64,000 nt of DNA, from contig NC_045696.1 in assembly GCF_009834535.1 (NCBI RefSeq), positions 33,172,001 through 33,236,000 of the forward strand, in the 5' to 3' direction. The translations under genes were made by a program, and so were the position numbers. The notes beneath the pieces are model-generated. The model was not told the origin of the DNA. It worked only from the letters and a program-made list of their open reading frames with translations, and ran no database searches. This document shows positions 25,201 through 39,030 of the stretch, one piece after another (the stretch's first letter is position 1; each line of letters starts with the position of its first letter). This DNA is from Camelus ferus (lineage: Eukaryota).

Positions 25201-27639
25201 GAAACTGTCATTATGGTCTATGGCTTTTCAGGAATGGAGTTAGAAATGTAAAATCAATCATTTAAAGAAAATGTATTGCACTCGACTTAATGTGAGGGAA
25301 AATGCTCATGCTGGAGCTGCAGTGGTAGAATAGAAAGTCAATTCCTCACAAACTAAGTAAATGTTTTGCTCCTTGTTGTTCTGTTTCTCGAGTATTTCCC
25401 TCATTTCTGGTGCAAATTGTTACTCATCCTTCTCACTGTACTTTCCCCCTTTGCTTCTCACGTCATCAGATATAATTCCATTGCATTCACAATTGTTTTA
25501 ATATCTGTACTGCTGTTTTCATCTAGCATGGCAGAGTACTGAGATGTAACTATACACGTAATATACATTATATTCATAAATGTATATGCATTTTACATAT
25601 TGTAAAATAGCTATACACTCTAAAATAATTAATAACTAGATTTAACTGATGAATGAAAAGGTGAACCTCAAATTCTATTCCATTTGGCTTAAAGGTTTCT
25701 CTTGCTGAAGCACTGATGTTTAAAACAAAGGAGAAGGATGTCACTGATTAGAGACAATCCAAATATATGAACAAGAAATAAAATTCAGTAAAACCTCCTT
25801 GGAGGGACAGTAGAACAGTTGTTTTCATAAAACCAAGTCAATAACCACTGTGTAACAAAAGTTATTTTTAATAACTTTACTTCAAACGAGTTTAGTTTTT
25901 CTTCATCAACTGTGGAAGGCAGAAAACCAAAGGCGCTCTATCTTATTCATACTGCATTACATTAGGACTCAGTTCTTGGACTTCAGGGAGATCTTTAGTC
26001 ACATTTTTAAGTGGTATAAATGTGTCCCAGCTAGTCTGATACCAATTTTTTTGACAAATCAATATTTTGTAATAATTTTGTCTAGATCTTCAAGGTCATT
26101 TCTGAAATTATTAAGAAATTGGGTCGGCTGCAAGGGATTATTTCATTACAGCCTATAATCCTTATATGAGCTAACCCAGAGGTAAATTTGAATAATGAAT
26201 GTTAGCAAAAAATGTCAAACTTCACCTTTCATCTGGAAGTTTCTAAGGTCAACCTGAAAACATTGAAAAAAAATGTAAGTCAGACAACGAAATTCTCTGC
26301 CTAACAGAGAAACAATTTAATTTATTACCTACTCTGGTACTTTTCCTCTAATGAGAAGACCTGATTTATATGTATTATCTGATGTTTCCCATATTGTTAT
26401 AATAAAATAATGTTATATTAAAATAACTGTAGCAATCAAACCTCATAGGTGGTAAAGATGAGACAGGTGATACAATTTGTAGAGCCTCCATGGTATCATT
26501 TAGAGATAGGAATCATGAGTTTTGACTTCACTTTCTGAACTGTGTTGATTAAATCTGTAGTTGTGGAAAAAAATCTATTGATTGTATCCAGTGATATAAA
26601 TATGTAATAGATGCACATTGTGAAATACTCATTTTTATTGTAAGTTAATTATTAGCCACACTAAGTACAGTAAGCATCAAAATAAAATATTTATCATTTA
26701 AAAATATAAACACAAATCAAACATGCCATCATGTGCTTGCTGTTTGACTTTTAGGGTGGATTTTTTTTTTCCCCAACTGCTGCATGATGGTACAATTAGT
26801 TTGTTATCAAAAGGAAAAAATAGAGTCTCTTGAAATTCAAATTTTATTAAACATTTTATGCCCCTAAAATCTAACTACTTTTCAGGCCTCATGGGTAGAG
26901 TACGTTGTATTGAGATCGTCCCTCTTCATTAAAAGTATTTTATACATTTTACGAGTTTCGTAAGAGAACTGAAACACAAGTAATTTAGAAAATATCATTG
27001 AAGTCAATACTTGTAGTTACGGCAACTTTAGATCTTGTCATCTCTGAAAAAATAATACAGTTCGTAAAAAGACTTTTTGATAAAACCACAAATATGATAG
27101 TATACCATTTCTCATGAGAAAAACATATATTCTCTTGCAGATGAACCATTACCAACTAGAAGCATCTCTAAACCAGACTTCAGGGTAGCATGCTCCCAAT
27201 ATTTTTAACCGATTGCTTGGGCATTGTTCATGCAGACATGCAGTGTTGGAGCAGAACATTTGAGCTGGACTTCAAGAGACCCATGAAATTCTGAAAGATT
27301 TGTTTTCCTTATTGAATATTTAATTTAGATAAAAATCTGCAATATAGCCAGAATATTCACTCAATTTTTGGCATAATTAGAAGCAGAGATAGATAAATAC
27401 TAAGAATGCCATCTAGGTGAACGTCTTCCTTAGTAGTTTTCCATAAGAAAGTAATACAGAATTGCTTACTGTATTTTATGGTTTCTTTGCTACCAAAGTT
27501 ATGTTTTCAGGAAACTAAGGTAGGAAGTTACTACTAAGTAAGAAGTTACTGCAACAGGATGGGTTTGTAACAAAGAATGTCAAAAATTTCCCATCTCAAG
27601 AAGCAGAAAATAGGTTTTTTTTTAAGCAAATACATAACT

Positions 27640-28660
27640 TGGTCATAGATCATGCTACTTTTCTGTTCAGAACCCATCAAAGGCTCCCATCTCAGAGTAA
27701 AAGCCAGTTTTGACAAAGGCCTTCCAAGCCCTCTCCACTTTGCCATCTTCTAGTAACATGCTCTTCTTTGTCCCTTCTCCCCAGCCCTGTTTACCTCTTG
27801 GTTATTCCTTGAATTCTAGTTCTATACTCTAGTTACTATGTCTGCAAAACATAGCACCACAAAACTTAACTTAATGGAGTAAAACAGCTGTTTATTATGT
27901 TACAGATCCTGAGGGTCTTGAATGTGGAAATAGTACTGCAAGGAAGGCTTGTCACTCCTCCCTAATGTATGGAACATGAAGGCTAGAGGCCAGAATCATG
28001 CTTGTTCACGTATGTATTGTGACTTATCTTTGGAAAGCCTATAACGTTACTTCTTTCCCATTCTATTTGTTAAAGCAGGTGTAACACCTGGACCAAGTGA
28101 AATAACAGGTCCCAAGTGACCTTGGTAACATTGTTTATCTTATTTCAAGAGTCAGAAATATTTGGCACAGTCCATCACTCTTCTAGTAATGCTATCGTCC
28201 CTTGGGTTTCATGACAACACTTATTTAAGGTGTTCCCTCTACTACAGTGTCAGCTGCTTCTTAGTCTCTTTTACTTCCTCAATCTTCTCTATCTTCTAGA
28301 TATTGGTTAGCCAGTGGGGCTCAGTTCTTGTCTTCTTTTTATCTGTACATTTCCCCTAAAAAATCCTGTTTATGGCTTTTAAATACAATCTCTATGCCCA
28401 TGATTTTCAAGTGTATATAACCTAGACTCTACCTCTTCTCTGAACTCAAGATACATATAACCGAATACCTGCTTTATGTTTTCATTTGGATATCTAATTA
28501 ACACCTCAGAATTAGTATGTCAAAAACACATTGATTCTTTCTTTCTTCAAACCTCCTTTTTTTTTTATGTCAGTAAATAAGATTACCATCTACAGTGTTG
28601 CTCATATCCTTACAGCAAATCTATTGATTCTAGCTCCATGAACACATTTTCAGTCTGTTC
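27640..28660 (+). mobile_element. L2 fragments interrupted by an MLT1-like LTR fragment
   Basis: aaggctcccatctcagagtaaaagcc; cccttgggtttcatgacaacac; tatggcttttaaatacaatctctatgcccatgattttcaa...ctctgaactcaaga...ttggatatctaattaacacctcag. Confidence 0.65.
27828..28085 (-). mobile_element. MLT1 (ERVL-MaLR) LTR fragment
   Basis: tagttactatgtctgcaaaacatagcaccacaaaacttaa...aaaacagctgtttattatgttacagatcctgaggg...ttctttcccattctatttgttaaagca. Confidence 0.55.
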
Positions 28661-28699
28661 TCTACCTCTCTGATAATCTAGGCTGGTTGAATTTGATGA

Positions 28700-29145
28700 C
28701 TTAGAATGCAGAGTATTTTCCTAGCCTGAATCCTCATACAGCAGGAACCACTGCACTGAAGATTCAGAGACTCTTACCATGCAGAGATGGTGCTTTGACT
28801 GCTTGGTCTGGTACTATACTTTAAAATTTCTTGCATTAGCAGATGGGGAAGGGATGTGATCATTTATTTCCATGGGTTATGTGTCTAAATGATCAGCATT
28901 ACTTCTGAGCCCAAGTGGCTTAGAGGCAAGTGGACTTTCCTTATACTATCTCTTCTTACCCATTGGCTAAAACCAAAGGATTATGAAGCCCTGCAGATAA
29001 AGGAGCCAGGAGATGGAAGAAATCTACATTCCTGAATCACTCCATTAAGAGCTGCCAGATAAAAATCCATATTAAGTTATGTGAGTAAAAAGTATTTTGG
29101 AGGATTATTTTATTTTCTATAGCAGGTTCTGTCATTTAATTTAGT
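28700..29145 (+). mobile_element. MLT1-like LTR fragment
   Basis: acttctgagcccaagtggcttagaggcaagtg...ggagccaggagatggaagaaatctacattcctgaatcac...tatgtgagtaaaaa...tttctatagcag. Confidence 0.5.
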
Positions 29146-29159
29146 ATGCCATACTTTTT

Positions 29160-29480
29160 AGACCATAAAGCAACTACTAAGAAAATAAAATACACAGGAA
29201 TTATTACAGAAATTAAAGTATTACTCTAGAAAATATCCACTTAATAGAACTTAGTAAAGGGGGAAAAGAGGAACAAATTAGTAATGAGACATATAGAACA
29301 AAAAAGCATGATGGCAGACCTAAATCCAACTATATCAATAACATATGTGAATTAATAAAACAAACTGATCAAAAGGCAGAGGTTGTCCAACTGGTTAAAA
29401 AAAGAAAAAAACACAAGATCTAACTATATGCCTTCTACAGAAGACACACTTTAGATTCAAAGATACACATAGGTTGAACA
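29160..29480 (+). mobile_element. Old L1 fragment (inter-ORF region and ORF2 start)
   Basis: atggcagacctaaatccaactatatcaataa...atcaaaaggcagaggttgtc...caagatctaactatatgccttctacagaagacacactttagattcaaagatacacataggttgaa. Confidence 0.75.
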
Positions 29481-29606
29481 TGTGTTTTCATTCTTTGCTC
29501 CCTACCTCCAGTCAATTGCTTCAAATTCCCTAATGACTTTTCATTATACTTAGGAACAGTCCAGTTGATCCAAATTTCTTGTCTTTTATTCAGAGATCTA
29601 CATTGT

Positions 29607-29797
29607 TAGTTCAGGAACTGGGTCTTCAGACCAGAAGCATCAGCCTCACCTGGTAACTCACTAAGAATGAAAATCTGAGGCCCCGTATCAGACCTCCTGA
29701 ATTAGAAGACCTAAAATAGGATGTTGGCAATCTGGTTTGTTATGGTTTTTGTTTCTTACAAGTTCTCCAGGCTTGCTTAAGTTTGATAACCACTGCT
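29607..29797. mobile_element. MER5A-like hAT-Charlie MITE
   Basis: cagaccagaagcatcagcctcacctggtaactcactaagaatgaaaatctgaggcccc...cagacctcctgaattagaa...acaagttctccagg...aagtttgataaccactg. Confidence 0.8.
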
Positions 29798-29799
29798 TT

Positions 29800-30260
29800 A
29801 CATCATCATTTAACTACCAATCTACTCTTCACCCTCCTTTTGTACTTCTCTGTTTTTCACTGCACTAGAGCCCCCAACACACACACTCCTTATTTCCTCT
29901 CTGTTGAATTTGATAAATTCATTCCCGCTTAAGGCTCTTGGAGTATTTGTTCCTTCTGCCTGAGACAATCTTCCTTTGATTGTCCCCTTATTGTCCCTTC
30001 TCCTTTCATGTCTCCTATCAAGTATCACTCTCTAAGACCTTTCCTCCTCCTCTGTTCCATTACCTGTGTCTCTGTCTCACCTTGTACCAGCTACTCTCCT
30101 CAGTGATTATCACTTTCTGAACTTATTTTGAGTGTTAATTGATTTATTAACTAACTTTTATGTATTTCTCCTCCTTTAAAGTGTAAGGTCCAAGAAACAA
30201 GAGATTCTACATCAGCAGTGCTAGACAGATAGGGAAGTGAGTATGTACTTAATTGATCAT
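29800..30260 (+). mobile_element. L2 3' fragment
   Basis: gtatttgttccttctgcctgagacaatcttcct...aagtatcactctctaagacctttcct...tttctcctcctttaaagtgtaaggtcc. Confidence 0.65.
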
Positions 30261-32409
30261 AATTTTATTTCAAAAAACTTGAAATATAATTTACTTTATA
30301 ACGTAATTACAAATATATTTTGATGCTGAGTGTAATTTAGAAGATTCATTCTTAAAGCCATCTCCTTCTCATATATTTGAGAGACTAGGTGATCATTCCT
30401 GAATCAGACATGTTACAATTCTTGCTTTGACTTACTGTTTATCATCTAGTCTTCCTTTGGCCACCCCTTAAGCTGAAGTTCCCTACAGATGCAATCAATG
30501 CTGTGACTTAAAAAGAACCTCTAAAAAGCATAGGTTGGGGGTGGGTAGGCTTTCTTTCTTTTTTTGGATTGTCCCTCATGTTCATACATAGCTTCAATGT
30601 GCTGAGTTGTTCCAGAAGAGAACTTTATGGATGCATACAGTTCTTAAACTTGTTTCCTTTTTCTGAAGTTTTCTTCATGAATACTCATCTTGTATCTGTG
30701 TGCAAACTTTCAAACTACATCACAGGGGCTGTGCAATTTCCCCCCCTAATTAGTACATCCTTCCAAGAAGTCTCCATCAGAACTTTCGTTACTCCAAAGG
30801 AGACTAGAGCAGCATTTTTGAGCCTGCTCCCCTTCCAGGTTACTCAACTAGTGATAAATACAGATATTAAGCATGTCTGGGTTTTTTTTTTTTTTTTGAC
30901 TGACTGAAAAAATATTAGAAATGAAAATTGATGTGCTATTTGGTTAATGGGAGCTGGAAAATTATTTTTACGATCACAAATCCACATTGGTTTTTCTATT
31001 TGAATATTATCTTTCTTTAGTCTTCCTTGACCATTAAGATTCTCTACTATATTGTTACTTGCATCATTTCTCTTAACAGAACATAGATGTCAGAAATAGA
31101 AAGGACATTTAGCTCATGCAAGTGTTAGTCACTTATTTTATAGGTGGAGAAACTGAAGCCCAAAGAGAGTACCAAAGACACTATATAAATGACACGTGTT
31201 TGCTTATCGTTTGGATTGAAACTGTAAGACTTTGAGGCAGTACATAGTCAGAATTAAAGTAAAAAGATGCAGTGATGAGCTAAAAATGTGTGTTTACCAG
31301 AGGATAATAAAGATGAGTATATAGAAGGAAAATTTCTTGATTGCAAAATATACAATTAGCAAAGTTAAAATTGATCAAATGTGAGAAAATATTTGTGACA
31401 AAGGGTTAATCCTTTGAACACATAATTCAAGAAACAAATAGGCAAATTAAATCAGCAAATACAAATGATTAACAGACACAAGGAAAATGTTTATCATACC
31501 TAACAGAGAAGATATCATTATATACTGTTTTCAGTTGATTTCAGGCTTTGGGAAATGCAACTTGGAAGTGCCTATCACAATTTGAAATGTGTATATTATT
31601 GGAGAGTGACCATTAGCATTATTGCATTATGGTGGCAAAAGTCATTTTTCTCCCCTTTAATAAACTAATTGGGCATCCATAACCAAACACAAGTGCCTGT
31701 GCACACTATAAAACAGCACCCCTGGGAGGTTTCTACCCACATGTGCATCCAACAGTGGGCAGATCCAAGGGAGTCAATGAGCCTGCTCCACCCGTAGTCA
31801 CTGTTTTGATGCTATCAATCAGAGGGGAGAAGGAACTGGGAGAATATAAGACAGGGTGGATGCCTATATACAATAGAGAATTTGTGGAGGGCCATCCTGT
31901 GTGATGAGAGAATCTGCCTGCCATCATGCATTTAATGTGGGGCAGAGGAGAGAGACAAATTCACTAAAGGCAGCCCCTGTACCGGGTTACACTCCAAGGT
32001 GCTGGACTTCTGGGGGCATCAGTGGTGACCTCTTTGGCAAAAGAGATGGAAAGCAGCACCCAGACTTCTCTGGCAGGATCTCTGTGACTGGGTGGAAGAA
32101 GAGAAAAGGGAAGCAGGCTGACAAGAATATCAAAGAGTATTGAAGGAATAAGTTTCCTGCTGTCTGCTTTAATACCTCAGCAGGAGGTCCAGCCAGAGAC
32201 CTCTGGGTGTGCCCCACTAGCTGTGGGTACCACCAAATCCTTAATTGCTAAGCCTACGTCTCCCTACTCCGCTGCCAGCAACTTGTGCACATTCTGAGAG
32301 CATCCATGGGAGCCAGGTCTGGCTAGACAAATCAGCTGTAGTGCTACTTATAGAATACAAAAGGGATTATTCTTATAGTTTACTCAATTGTAATATCCAA
32401 ACTAAAAAT

Positions 32410-33973
32410 AAACTGGAACTTGGAAAACTGTTAAGACACTGATGAAAGAAACTGATGGTGACACAAACATATGGAAAGATACACCATGTTCTTGGATTGG
32501 AAGAACTAATGTTGTTAAAATGGCCATACTACCCAAGGCAGTCTATACAGGTCAATGCAATCCCTACCAAAATACCAATGACTTTTTTTTTTTTTTTAAC
32601 AGAACTACAACAAATAATTTTAAAAATTGTATGGAAATGTAAAAGACTCCAACAAAATAATCTTGAGAAAGAAGAACTGAGCTGGAGGAATCGTGCTCCC
32701 TGATTTCAGACTATAAAGCTACAGTAATCTAAACAGAATGGTACTGACACAAAAACACACAGCTCAGTGGATAGGGCACCCAGAAGTAAACTCATGCACT
32801 TACGGTCAATTCAGCTACAAAAAAAAGGCAAGAATATACAATGGAGAAAAAGACAGTCTCTTCAGTAATTGAAGCTGGCAAAACTGAACAGCTACATGTG
32901 AAAGAATGAAATTAGAATAGACTACACTCTACCACCATATACAAAAATAAATTAAAAATGGATTAAAAACCCAAATATAAGACCAGATACCATAAAACTT
33001 TTAGGGGGAAACCCAGGCAGAACACTCTTTGACATAATTCATAGCAGTATTTTTTTGGATACATCTCCTAAAGCAAAGGAAATAAAAGGAAAAATACACA
33101 AATGGGACCTAATTAAACATAAAACCTTTTGCACAGCAAAAGAAACTATAGACAAAATGAAAAGACAACTCAACTGAACAGACATTTTCACAAAGAGGAA
33201 ATGGAGATGGCAAATAGGTACATGAAAATAAGACAAAAATACTTGTGAGGATGTGGAGAAAAAGGGAGCCCTTGTACATTGTTGGTTGGAATGTAAATTG
33301 GTGTAGCTACTGTGGAAAACAGTATGGAGGCTTTTCAATAATATGACCCAGCAGTTCCAGCCCTGAGTGTATACCCAAAAACAACAGAAAGACTAATTCA
33401 AAAAGGTACATGCACCTCAATGTTCATGGCAGCACTATTTACAATAGCCAAGATATGGAAACAACCTAAGTGTCCATCAACAGATGACTGGATAAATAAG
33501 ATGTGGTATATATACATACATATATATAATGAATAATATATATATAATGTATAATACTACTCAGCCCTATAAAAGAATGAAATTTTGCCATTTGCATCAT
33601 CCAACTTGGATGGACTTGGACGGTATTATGCTAAGTGAAGTAAGTCAGACAGAGAAAGAAATACTGGATGATTTCACTTATATATGCAATGTGTAAAACA
33701 CAAAATAGTGAATTAAACAAAGAAAACCCACAAATATAGAGTACAAATTAATGGTTACCAGTGGGGAGAGGGAAGGGAGGAGGGCAATGTAGGGATAGGG
33801 GATTAAGAGGTAGAACTTTATGTTTTAAGTAAGCTACAAGTGTGCTTTATACAACACAGGTAATATAGCCAATATTTTATATCTATAAATGGAGTAGAAT
33901 CTCTAATAATTGAGTCACTATATTGTATACCTGTAACTTATTTTGTAAATTAAATATCCTTCAATTAAAAAAA
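32410..33973 (+). mobile_element. 5'-truncated L1 nested in the 5'UTR of the 31601-39376 L1
   Basis: Late ORF2 sequence (WKDTPCSWIGRTNVVKMAILPKAVY at 32442-32642), then a 3'UTR and a short A tail (tcaattaaaaaaa). The host L1 resumes afterwards with pre-ORF1 sequence. Confidence 0.9.
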
Positions 33974-34042
33974 TATTACCTTAATTGAAAAGGGTGTCTT
34001 CTGTTTCAAATGTGAAAGCAGAATTGCATATATTCAAATACT

Positions 34043-34935
34043 ATGAAAAAAATCAAGGAGATATGGAATCACAAAAAGAAAATTATATTCATCAGAAGTG
34101 GAATGGAATAGTGTGATCTGATAAAGAATTTGAAATAGCTATTGTGAAGAAATCCAATGAACTACAAGAAAACTCAGGCAATTCAATGAACTCAAAATTA
34201 AAGTCAATAAAATAAGTATTTTTTTAAACCAAAGAAATCAAAATTATACAAAAGAAACAAATTCTGAAGCTGAACAATTCAATAAATAAGATGAAGAATA
34301 CCATAGAAAGCACTGGCAACAGGGCAGAGTAGATGAAAGAAAGAGTAAATGACCCAGAGGGTAGGAATATAGAAATAATTTAGAAGTGGAGAGAGAACTA
34401 AGGTTTTTAAAAATAAACCCTGCAAGAGCTATCCAGTTCAACCAGAAAAGCAAATATAAAATAATTAGTGCACCAGAAGAACAGAGGGAGAAGAAGGCAT
34501 AGAGTTTATTTTAAAAAATAATAGCTGAGAACTTTCCAAACCTGGAACAGGAACTTGACATACAATCCATGAAGCTTATAAAACATTGCAAAAAAGACCT
34601 TTTCCAAGACACATTATAGTAAAGCTATAAAAAACAATGATAAAGACTCAAAGGCAGCCAGGGTTGGGGTGGGGGTTATAAGTAATCTACAAAGGAACCA
34701 TCATTGGGTTAACAGTAAATTTCTCAGCAGAAACTACAGACTAGGAGAGATTAGAATGACATATTCAAAGTGTGGAAAGATCAAGTTTTTTTGGCTAGCA
34801 ATTTTTATCTGGCAAAGTTATCCTTTAGATATGAAGGGGAAGTAAAGACTTTGTCAGACAAATGGAAAGCTGAGGGAGTTTACCACTACACCTGCCTTGC
34901 AAGAAATGCTGAAAGGAGTTCTTCAAGCTGAAATA
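34043..34935 (+). pseudogene. L1 ORF1 remnant (frameshifts and stops)
   Basis: aaagaatttgaaatagctattg..., aaaataatagctgagaactttccaaacctgg (IIAENFPNL), ccaagacacattatagtaaag (PRHIIVK), gaaatgctgaaaggagttctt (EMLKGVL). Confidence 0.85.
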
Positions 34936-35412
34936 AAAATACACTAACCAATGACACAATTATTTCAAAATATACAACACTTTGGTACAGGTGAAAAAGA
35001 AACAATCAGAATTAGAAAACTATATTACAGTAGTGTGTTAGCCACTTAACTATAGTATAAAATTTAAAAGAAAAGAGTATTAAAAATAACTATAGCTACT
35101 ATAATTTGTTAACATATACCCAGCATAAAAAACAAATGGTGACATCAAAAATATGAAAGGGGAGGAATATAAGTATGAATCCTTTATGGGCAAACAAGAA
35201 GTTGCTATCAGCATAAAATGGACTGTTTTATCTGTGAGCTGTTTTAAGAGAGCTTCATGGTAACCTCAAAGCAAAAATCTAGAAGAGATTCACAAAACAT
35301 AAAAATGGGGAAGATAGGGCATACCACTATGGAAAATACCAATTTATAAAGGTAGTCAAAAACAGGGAAAAAGAAGCAATGGAGATTGAAATCAACCCAA
35401 AGGAAGGATAAG

Positions 35413-38400
35413 ATGGCATTAGTAAGTCCTTACACATCAACAATCACTCTAAATGGGTTAAATTTACCAATCACAAGGCACAGAATGGCTGGCTGGATTA
35501 AAAAGGCAAGACCTAACAATACGTTGCCTAAGGACACTCATTTCAGCTCTAAAGACACAAATAGGATCAAAGTGAAGAGACAGCAGAAGGTAGTCGTGCA
35601 AGGAGAATTTTTTTCTTTTAAAGCGGGGATAGCCATACTTACATTGGATAAAATAGACATCAAGCCAAAAAGGGTAACAAGAGCATAAAAGTTCATTGAT
35701 AAAGAGACCAAAAAATCAAGAAGATTTAAATCATGAAAATATACACACTCAACATTAGAGCACCTAAATGTATTAAGCAAAACTAACAGATCTGAAAGGA
35801 AAAATAGACAATATGGTAATAGTAGGGGACTTCAGTACCCCTGTCCACAATAGATAATTCACATAAAAAATCCACATGAAACATTGGAATTGAACCACAA
35901 TTTAGACCAAATGGACTTAATGGACACATACAAAATATTCCATCAGCAGCAGAATAAACATTCTCAAGTGAGCATGGAACATTCTTCAGGATAGATCCTA
36001 TGAGAGGACACAAAGTAAATCTTAGCAAATTAAGATTGAAATCATACCATCTTTTCTGACCACATAATATGAAACTGCAAATCAACAAAAAGAAATCAAA
36101 AGGAAATGAAAACATCTAAAAGCAAATAAAAATGGAAATATATCAAATCTTATGGGATGCTGCAGAAGCAGTTTATAGAGGAAAATATAAATGCCTACAT
36201 TAATTTTTTTAAAAAACTCAAAAAACCCCAGAACTTTATACTGCAGGGACCTAGAAAAAAAAAGGACAAATTCAGTCCAAAGTTAGCAGAAGGAAATAAC
36301 AAAGATCAAAGTGGAAATACATAAAATCAAAACAGGAAAACAACAGAAAGAATTACTGAAAGTATAGCTATTTTTTGAAAGGATAATAAATATCTATAAA
36401 CTTCAGCTAAACCAAGAATAAAAAAGAATACTCAAAGTTAGAAATTAAATAGGAGATATTACAACTGATTTTATAGAAATACATAGGATCATAAGAGATG
36501 ACTGAACAATTATTTATCAACAGATTAGATAACCTAGAAGAAACAGATAAATTCCTAGAAATGGAAAACCTACCAAGACTGAGTCAGGAAGAAATAAAAA
36601 ATTTGAACAAACCATGACAAGTAAAGAGTTTGAATTGGTATTAAAAAAAAAAAAAAAAAAACCCAACAAAGAAAACCCAAGGACCAGATGGCTTCATTGG
36701 TAAATTCTATCAAACATTTAAGACTTAACACCAATTCTTCTCAAACTCTTCCCAAAAATTAAGACGGAGGGAACACTTCCAAATTCATTCTAAAAGGTCA
36801 GTCTTATCCAGATAAGGACATGACAAGAAAAGAAAACTATAGGCCAATATCCCTGCTGAATATAGAAGCAAAAATTCTGAACAGAATTTTAGCAAACTGA
36901 ATTCAAAAACACTTTAAAAGGATTATACACTATGGTCAAATGAAATTTATACCTGGGATGCAAAGATGGGTCAGTACACTCAAAAGAATTAATGTGGTAC
37001 ATCAAATTTCTAAAATGAAAGATGAAAATCAAATATCAAATAATCACATGATTATCACACTAGATGCAGAAAATCACTAGACAAAATACAACATCCTTTC
37101 ATTATAAAAACCCTCAACAGATTGGGCATGGAAGAAATATACCTCAACATAATAAAGGTCATATATGACAAACCCACAACTAACATTATAATTAATGGAG
37201 AAAAATTGAAAGCTTTTCCTCTTAAGATCAGGAACAAGACAAGAATACCCACTCTACCACTATTATTCAATATAGTTTTGGAAATCCTAGCTAGAGCAAT
37301 TAGGAAAGAAAATAAATAAATAAAACAACATCCAAATTGGAAAGGAAGAAGTGAAACTGTCACTATTTGTAGATGACATGATTTTGTATATACAGATCCC
37401 AAAAAGTACACCAAAACACTGTTGGAACTAATCAATTTCAGTAAAGTTGCAGGATATAAAATCAACATACATAAGTCAGTTTCATTTTCATACACTAATA
37501 ATGAAGCATCTGAAACAAATAAAGAAAACTATCCTGTTTATACTAGCAACAACAATGAAAAGAATGCCTAGGAATAAATTTAACCAAGGAAGTAAAAGAT
37601 CTGTACAATGAAAACTAGAAGACTTGCTGAAAGAAATTGTGGAAGACATAAAAAAATGGGAAGACATCTCACATTCATGAATTAGAAGAATATTGTTAGA
37701 GTATACTACAACCCAAAATCATCTATAGATGCAACATAAACCCCATCAAAATTTCAATGTCATTGTTCAGAGAAAGAGAAATAGAAAAAACAATTCTAAA
37801 GTTTGTATAAAGTCACAAAAAACTGCCAGAGCAAGCATGAGAAAGAACAAAGCCAGATGAATCACATTTCTTGATTTCAAAATATACGAAAAAGCTATAG
37901 TAATAATAACAGTAGTGTACTAGCAAATTAATGGAACAGAGCAGAGAGGCCAGAATTAAATCCCTGTATATAAAGTCAACTAATAGTGGGCAAGGGAGCC
38001 AAGAGCACCTAATGGGGGAAAAATAGTCTCTTCAACAAATGATATGGAGAAAACTGGATAAACAGACACACAACAGTGAAACTGGACCCATATATTACAC
38101 CACTCACACGAATTAATTCTAACAGATCAAAGACTTACACATGAGACCAGATACCATAAAACTCCTAGAAGAACACATAGTTAAGTTCCTTGACAGTTTC
38201 GATATGTCACCAAAAGCACAAACAACAAAAGCAAAAATCAGCAAATGGGATTATATCAAACTTAGAAGCTTCAGCACAGCAAGAGAGACAATTAGCCAAT
38301 TGAAAAGGCATCCTACAGAATGGGAGAAAATATTTGCAAGCCGTATTATCAGATATAGTGTTAATACCCAAAATATATAAGGAACTCATATAACTCAACA

Positions 38401-39030
38401 ATAACAACAAAATACAAACAGATTAAAAAAAACACAGAATAGTTAGATACTTCTCCAAAGATGACATCCAGATAACCAACAGTTAAGTGAAAAGGTGTTC
38501 AGTATCACTAATCATCAGGGAAATATAAATCAAAACCACAATGAGATACCACCTCATATTTGTCAGAATGAATATTATCAAAAAAGATAGGAAATAACAA
38601 GTGTTGGTGAGGATGTGGAGACAATGGAACCCTTGTACACTGTTGGTCAGAATGTAAATTAGTTCAGCCACTATGGAAAAAATATGGAGATTCTTAAAAA
38701 AATAATAACCTACCATGTGATCCAGCAATTCCACATCTTTGGTATACACCCAGAGTAAATGAAAACAGAATATTGAAGGGATATATGCACTCCCGTGTTT
38801 TTGTTGCAGCACTATTCACCATAGCCAAGGCATGCAAACACCTATTAGTCAAAGGGTGAATGGATAAAGAAAATGTAATATAAATACAGTAAGTACTATC
38901 AGCCATGAGAAAGAAGGACATCCTGCCATCTGTGACAACATGGATGGGCCCTGATCACATTATTCTAATAGTGAGACAAGTGGGACAGAGAAAGACAAGA
39001 ATTGTATGTTATCACTTATATGTGAAATAT
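35413..39030 (+). pseudogene. L1 ORF2 remnant (endonuclease, reverse transcriptase, C-terminal domain)
   Basis: MALVSPYTSTITLNGLNLPITRHRMAGWIKK (endonuclease start); [21 protein letters not shown]...[15 protein letters not shown]; ctatttgtagatgacatgatt = LFVDDMI (FADD motif, 37363); many disablements. Confidence 0.9.

Noticed and set aside
37055..38921. Hydrophobic 'membrane-protein-like' minus-strand ORFs (also 33039-33338, 53188-53425, 57095-57475, 60770-61372)
   Set aside because: These are antisense translations of A-rich L1 sequence, a well-known source of spurious F/L/I/S-rich ORFs.
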